Assembly (NCBI RefSeq): GCF_020969955.1
Contig: NZ_JAHDSX010000021.1
Coordinates: 8,784 to 40,783, forward strand
Direction of reading: 5' to 3'
Length of the DNA stretch: 32,000 nt
Origin: Allobaculum fili
Lineage (GTDB): Bacteria; Bacillota_I; Bacilli_A; Erysipelotrichales; Erysipelotrichaceae
Shown here piece after piece: positions 28,817 through 32,000 of the stretch. Both the position numbers and the translations under genes were made by a program. The notes under the pieces are model-generated. The model was not told the origin of the DNA and made no database searches. It worked only from the letters and a program-made list of their open reading frames with translations. The first letter of the stretch is position 1. Every line of letters begins with the position of its first letter.

Positions 28817-28826
28817 AATGTATTTT

Positions 28827-29978
28827 TTAAGCCAGCGCGTCTTCGTCTTTTTCAGCAATCTCGTCGTAGACATTTTCCACCAGACCGCTGTCGGCTTCCT
28901 GCTGCTGTTTACGGCTCAGTTCCTGATTTTGCTTCGCAGCTTTTTCACGCTTCATTTCCTTAATGCGAAGCTGGCCGCATGCAGCATCGATATCCGAACC
29001 GTGTTCTTTACGAATCGTAACGGCAATGCCTTCCTTTTTGAGAATATCGTAAAATTTCATCGCTTCTTCGCGGGTCGTCGTCTTAAAGCCGTGTTCGTCG
29101 ACGGCATTATAAGGAATCAGATTGACATAGCAGCAGTACGGACGCAGAAGACGCGCCAGTTCTCTGGCCTGTTCTGGAGAATCATTCACGCCTTTAAGAA
29201 GAATGTATTCAAACGTCAGGCGGCGATTGTTCAGGGATGTGTAGTATTCGACCGCACTCATCAGCTGGTCAAGACCAAATGCGCGGTTGACCGGCATCAG
29301 CTTCGAGCGCAGAGTGTCGTCAGGTGCATGCAGCGAAATCGCGAGATTGTACTGGTAATGACCTTCGGCGAACTTGCGGATCTTATCGACAATGCCGGAT
29401 GTCGAAATGGTGATGTGACGGCTGCCGATCGCCAGTCCCCGGTCATGGTTGACGGTCTTAATAAAGTTCATGACCCGGTCGTAGTTATCAAACGGTTCAC
29501 CGGTCCCCATGACGACAATGTGCGAAAGGCGTTCGCCTTTTTTATCGAGCTCTTTCTGGACGTGCATAACCTGGGCGGTCATTTCCGCACTCGTCAGATC
29601 GCGCTGCTTTTTCGTCAGACCCGACGCGCAGAAGGCACATCCCATATTGCAGCCGACCTGGCTGGAGACGCAGATCGAATTGCCGTAATCAAAAACCATC
29701 ATGACACTTTCGAGCAGAGCGCCGTCTTCGGTTTTAAACAGGAATTTGGTCGTTCCGTCTTTGGATTCCTGCTTTCGAACGAGCGTCAGCGGATTAAAGT
29801 AAAAATCTTTTTTCAGCTCTTCGCGCGTTTCCTTGGACAGGTTGCTCATCGCATCAAAATCCGTAACGCGCTCTTTGTAAAGCCATGCAAAAATCTGCTG
29901 GGTACGAAACTTTTTCCAGCCCTTGGACAGACACCAGTCTTCCATCTGCGCATAGCTCATATCGTAAATACTTTTCAT
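28827..29978 (-). CDS. rlmN: 23S rRNA (adenine2503-C2)-methyltransferase, radical SAM
   Basis: SSQVGCNMGCAFCASG (CxxxCxxC), GTGEP and DIDAACGQL motifs. A Lys/Glu-rich C-terminal tail is present. SD GGAGG lies upstream. Confidence 0.95.
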   Translation of the reverse strand: MKSIYDMSYAQMEDWCLSKGWKKFRTQQIFAWLYKERVTDFDAMSNLSKETREELKKDFYFNPLTLVRKQESKDGTTKFLFKTEDGALLESVMMVFDYGNSICVSSQVGCNMGCAFCASGLTKKQRDLTSAEMTAQVMHVQKELDKKGERLSHIVVMGTGEPFDNYDRVMNFIKTVNHDRGLAIGSRHITISTSGIVDKIRKFAEGHYQYNLAISLHAPDDTLRSKLMPVNRAFGLDQLMSAVEYYTSLNNRRLTFEYILLKGVNDSPEQARELARLLRPYCCYVNLIPYNAVDEHGFKTTTREEAMKFYDILKKEGIAVTIRKEHGSDIDAACGQLRIKEMKREKAAKQNQELSRKQQQEADSGLVENVYDEIAEKDEDALA

Positions 29979-30231
29979 TTTCTGCCTCCGCTCTGAACTG
30001 TCATCCAGCAGCCACGATCGCCTTCACCAAATTTGTGCCGGGATCTGGCTGCGTATTTTTTTATTTTCTACAGGTTCTTCTGTATTTTAAAACAGATTTT
30101 TGAACTTGCCGGTTTTGGGCCTTTGTATACCTGCTCAACGTTGGGGCTATTTCGAGAGGATCTGGTTTAGTTTGAGGCAAAACACCTTTTGTTTACACCG
30201 GTCTCTTCTCTTCGCTTTGGCTGAGCGGTAA

Positions 30232-30281
30232 AGCGCAAAGAAAAACCAGAATGTTCTGGTTACAGACGATTCTGGTTTTCT
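30232..30281 (-). terminator. rho-independent terminator closing an unassigned unit of about 400 nt
   Basis: Minus strand reads gaaaaccagaat - 16 nt - attctggttttt ctttgcgcttt (12-bp stem). The 5' arm motif CCAGAA occurs three times upstream. Confidence 0.65.
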
Positions 30282-30649
30282 GCATTCTGGCAGATCTCTG
30301 GAATTGAGAACGACATCCCACTTGCGCTTGCTCCACTTCTTTTCATCGCCTTTTCCCATCTCTTCAAACAAAATGGGCGTTCTGGATTTTCCATAGTGAA
30401 TCCGGCATTTGGGTGCCGCGCCTGCTGGCAAAATCGCATTTTCAAACAGGGAAAGCTGCTCGATGCGAGATTCTGGATGACCATACGGAACCCTTCCGGT
30501 CTCTGGATCCATCTGCCAGAAATTCCAGGCAATTTTCGTCGCTGCATCCCGGATCGCCTTCTTTTCTTCGCCGGTTTCGATGCATCGTCTTCTTTAGTAT
30601 ACGGGACTATTTCAGGAACATTTTACAGCCTCGGACGGCCAGGCCTTTT

Positions 30650-30710
30650 CAAAAATTCAGGAAGGTCAGTCCAACCGCATGGACTGACCTTCCCGGCTTT
30701 TATTTTTTGC
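30650..30710. terminator. bidirectional terminator after the second lipoprotein gene
   Basis: Perfect 14-bp stem ggaaggtcagtcca / tggactgaccttcc (30660-30673 / 30680-30693), with T-runs on both strands. Confidence 0.8.
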
Positions 30711-30770
30711 CAGTTTTTCTGTTCTGGCTGTTTCGTATTCAAAAGGTGTATTGTCCCTTGCCTGCAGCAA

Positions 30771-31487
30771 CTACTGGTCGTACTGTACGGGAAAGCCCAG
30801 CGCCTGAAGCACCTTGAGCATGGGCTGCAGCTGATCGGAAACGGTATTGGAGCAGTGAAGCGTGAGCTCCTGTTTTTCATCGAGCACTTCGATGAAATTG
30901 GCTTCCGCGCGGTTGTTATGAATTACGCGCACGGTATTTCCGTTGTCCGTCCATTCGTTTTGAACGTCCATGTTTCTGGTCCGATCGAGTGTCGTATTGC
31001 TTTCAAACGTCTGTCTGGGCGAAGTCGATGGCGTAAAGAACGTCAGCCAGATCGCGCCTGGATCGTTCATTCCGTTAAAAGTCAGAATGCATTCCCGATT
31101 GCCGGTGTCCGCCATCTGCCACCTGGAGACGATATTGGTGAAGCCGTTATCGCTGAGTGCCTGATACAGCTTGCCTTCGATTTCAGACTGAAAAGCGGTC
31201 GGTTCGCTGGAAGCCGCCTCCGGCGCTGGAGTCTGATTCTCTTCATGAGACGGCGTACTGGTATTTTCGGATCCGCTGGATTTTGAGGAATCCTCATTTT
31301 CCGAGTCATGACTGGCGCCCTGACTTGTCTCATGCATGGAAGACGCGCTGGAAGCGGTACGGCTTTCGGCGCTGGAGGAAATCGAAGTCGATGGGTTCGA
31401 ACGGCTTGAAGCGCTGTCCTCTTTTGGTGCGCTGCATCCGGCAAGCAAAAGCGCACAGGCAAGAATGGTCATCGTTTGTCGTTTCAT
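30771..31487 (-). CDS. lipoprotein with a Ser-rich linker and an uncharacterised C-terminal domain
   Basis: MKRQTMTILACALLLAGCSAP has a lipobox (LAGC). SD AAAGGAAG precedes ATG 31485-31487. The 13-codon extension in the ORF track is unsupported. Confidence 0.7.
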   Translation of the reverse strand: MKRQTMTILACALLLAGCSAPKEDSASSRSNPSTSISSSAESRTASSASSMHETSQGASHDSENEDSSKSSGSENTSTPSHEENQTPAPEAASSEPTAFQSEIEGKLYQALSDNGFTNIVSRWQMADTGNRECILTFNGMNDPGAIWLTFFTPSTSPRQTFESNTTLDRTRNMDVQNEWTDNGNTVRVIHNNRAEANFIEVLDEKQELTLHCSNTVSDQLQPMLKVLQALGFPVQYDQ

Positions 31488-31607
31488 TTCGTGCTTCCTT
31501 TCCCTGTATTCTGGCGGATCGTCCAAAGACGATCCGATTTTTTATACAGATCCAGTCAGCGCATTTCGCTTTGAAGAACACTTACTCTTCGCGCAAAGGC
31601 GACTGTC

Positions 31608-31646
31608 GGATCTTTGCTTTTGATCTTTGCTTCTGATCTTTGCTTT
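31608..31646. repeat. three tandem 13-bp direct repeats (G/T)GATCTTTGCTT(T/C)
   Basis: ggatctttgcttt tgatctttgcttc tgatctttgcttt, read directly from the sequence. They lie in the divergent intergenic region. Confidence 0.9.
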
Positions 31647-31669
31647 TATTGTAGAAAGAGAAGGAAAGG

Positions 31670-31849
31670 ATGTCGTCTAATATGTCAGCAAGATTCATTT
31701 TTCTATCTAATGCAGATAATTCCATCCACAACCGGCAGCAGCGCCCGCAGGAAAAATTAATCGAGAAAGCCGTATTTTGCAAAAGAAATTTTGGCTCTAT
31801 GAAAATATTTGTGGGATCCTCCGAGCCAATGTCTTCATATAGAAAATAA
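31670..31849 (+). CDS. possible 59-aa small protein (below the ORF-track cutoff)
   Basis: ATG at 31670 preceded by GAAGGAAAGG. Translation is MSSNMSARFIFLSNADNSIHNRQQRPQEKLIEKAVFCKRNFGSMKIFVGSSEPMSSYRK. No family was recognised. Confidence 0.2.
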   Translation: MSSNMSARFIFLSNADNSIHNRQQRPQEKLIEKAVFCKRNFGSMKIFVGSSEPMSSYRK

Positions 31850-31908
31850 AAAGGATCTTCCGTAAGCTGGAAGAGTCGATCAAGACTACCAGATACAGGA
31901 GATCCCGT

Positions 31909-32000
31909 ATGTACTCTACTAACTCTTCAGCTGCTTTTCAAGTTTCCAATGAATCGAATAACGGTCTGCTTTTCATTCCCTCATCGCTGCCGGGCTTTAC
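31909..32000 (+). CDS. 5' end of an unidentified ORF running off the window
   Basis: ATG at 31909 with SD AGGAGA 6 nt upstream. Translation is MYSTNSSAAFQVSNESNNGLLFIPSSLPGF.... It is too short to assign. Confidence 0.3.
   Translation, partial: MYSTNSSAAFQVSNESNNGLLFIPSSLPGF

Noticed and set aside
28818-29996. 392-codon plus-strand ORF. Similar long antisense ORFs occur at 8213-9178, 9617-10273, 25003-25713, 27770-28705 and 30396-31286.
   Set aside because: Each is antisense or out of frame to a confidently identified gene (rlmN, murD, mraY, prpC, MATE, lipoprotein). Their sequences are not protein-like. They are shadow ORFs.
31608-31646. Tandem repeats as a mini-CRISPR array
   Set aside because: The 13-bp units abut directly with no spacers, and no cas genes are present. 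It is a simple tandem repeat.

Overview
This is a chromosomal segment from a Bacillota (Firmicutes)-type genome. It is gene-dense, mostly minus-strand, uses AGGAGG-type RBSs and has many hairpin+T-run terminators. TAA, TAG and TGA all end genes, so the standard code applies. The backbone is housekeeping: cysE (partial), ppdK, trpS, murD, mraY, rpmB, and the conserved rlmN / prpC-prkC-rsgA / rpe-thiN neighbourhood. Accessory content is a cupin/LacI/MATE insert, an XRE regulator, a SIMPL-domain protein, two lipoproteins, a ceramidase-like hydrolase, an SDR, and a membrane protein with a possible permuted papain-like domain. I found no rRNA, tRNA, CRISPR array, transposase, integrase or recognisable defence or toxin-antitoxin system. 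I cannot point to a clearly novel multi-gene system here. The loci most worth a second look are: (1) a roughly 1,500-codon MBG/Big_2-repeat surface adhesin split into three collinear pieces by a frame change and one in-frame TGA, which separates signal peptide, body and wall anchor; (2) an RBS-equipped, degenerate ArsC/Spx-like ORF that runs in frame into ppdK with no stop codon; (3) a long cysE leader ending in an intrinsic terminator that matches no riboswitch or T-box consensus I can recognise; (4) an orphan unit of about 400 nt bracketed by two terminators upstream of rlmN; (5) a membrane protein with a His...Asn-Cys (LRAT/NlpC-P60-like) C-terminal domain overlapping the end of thiN. All family calls come from motif recognition by eye and no searches were run.
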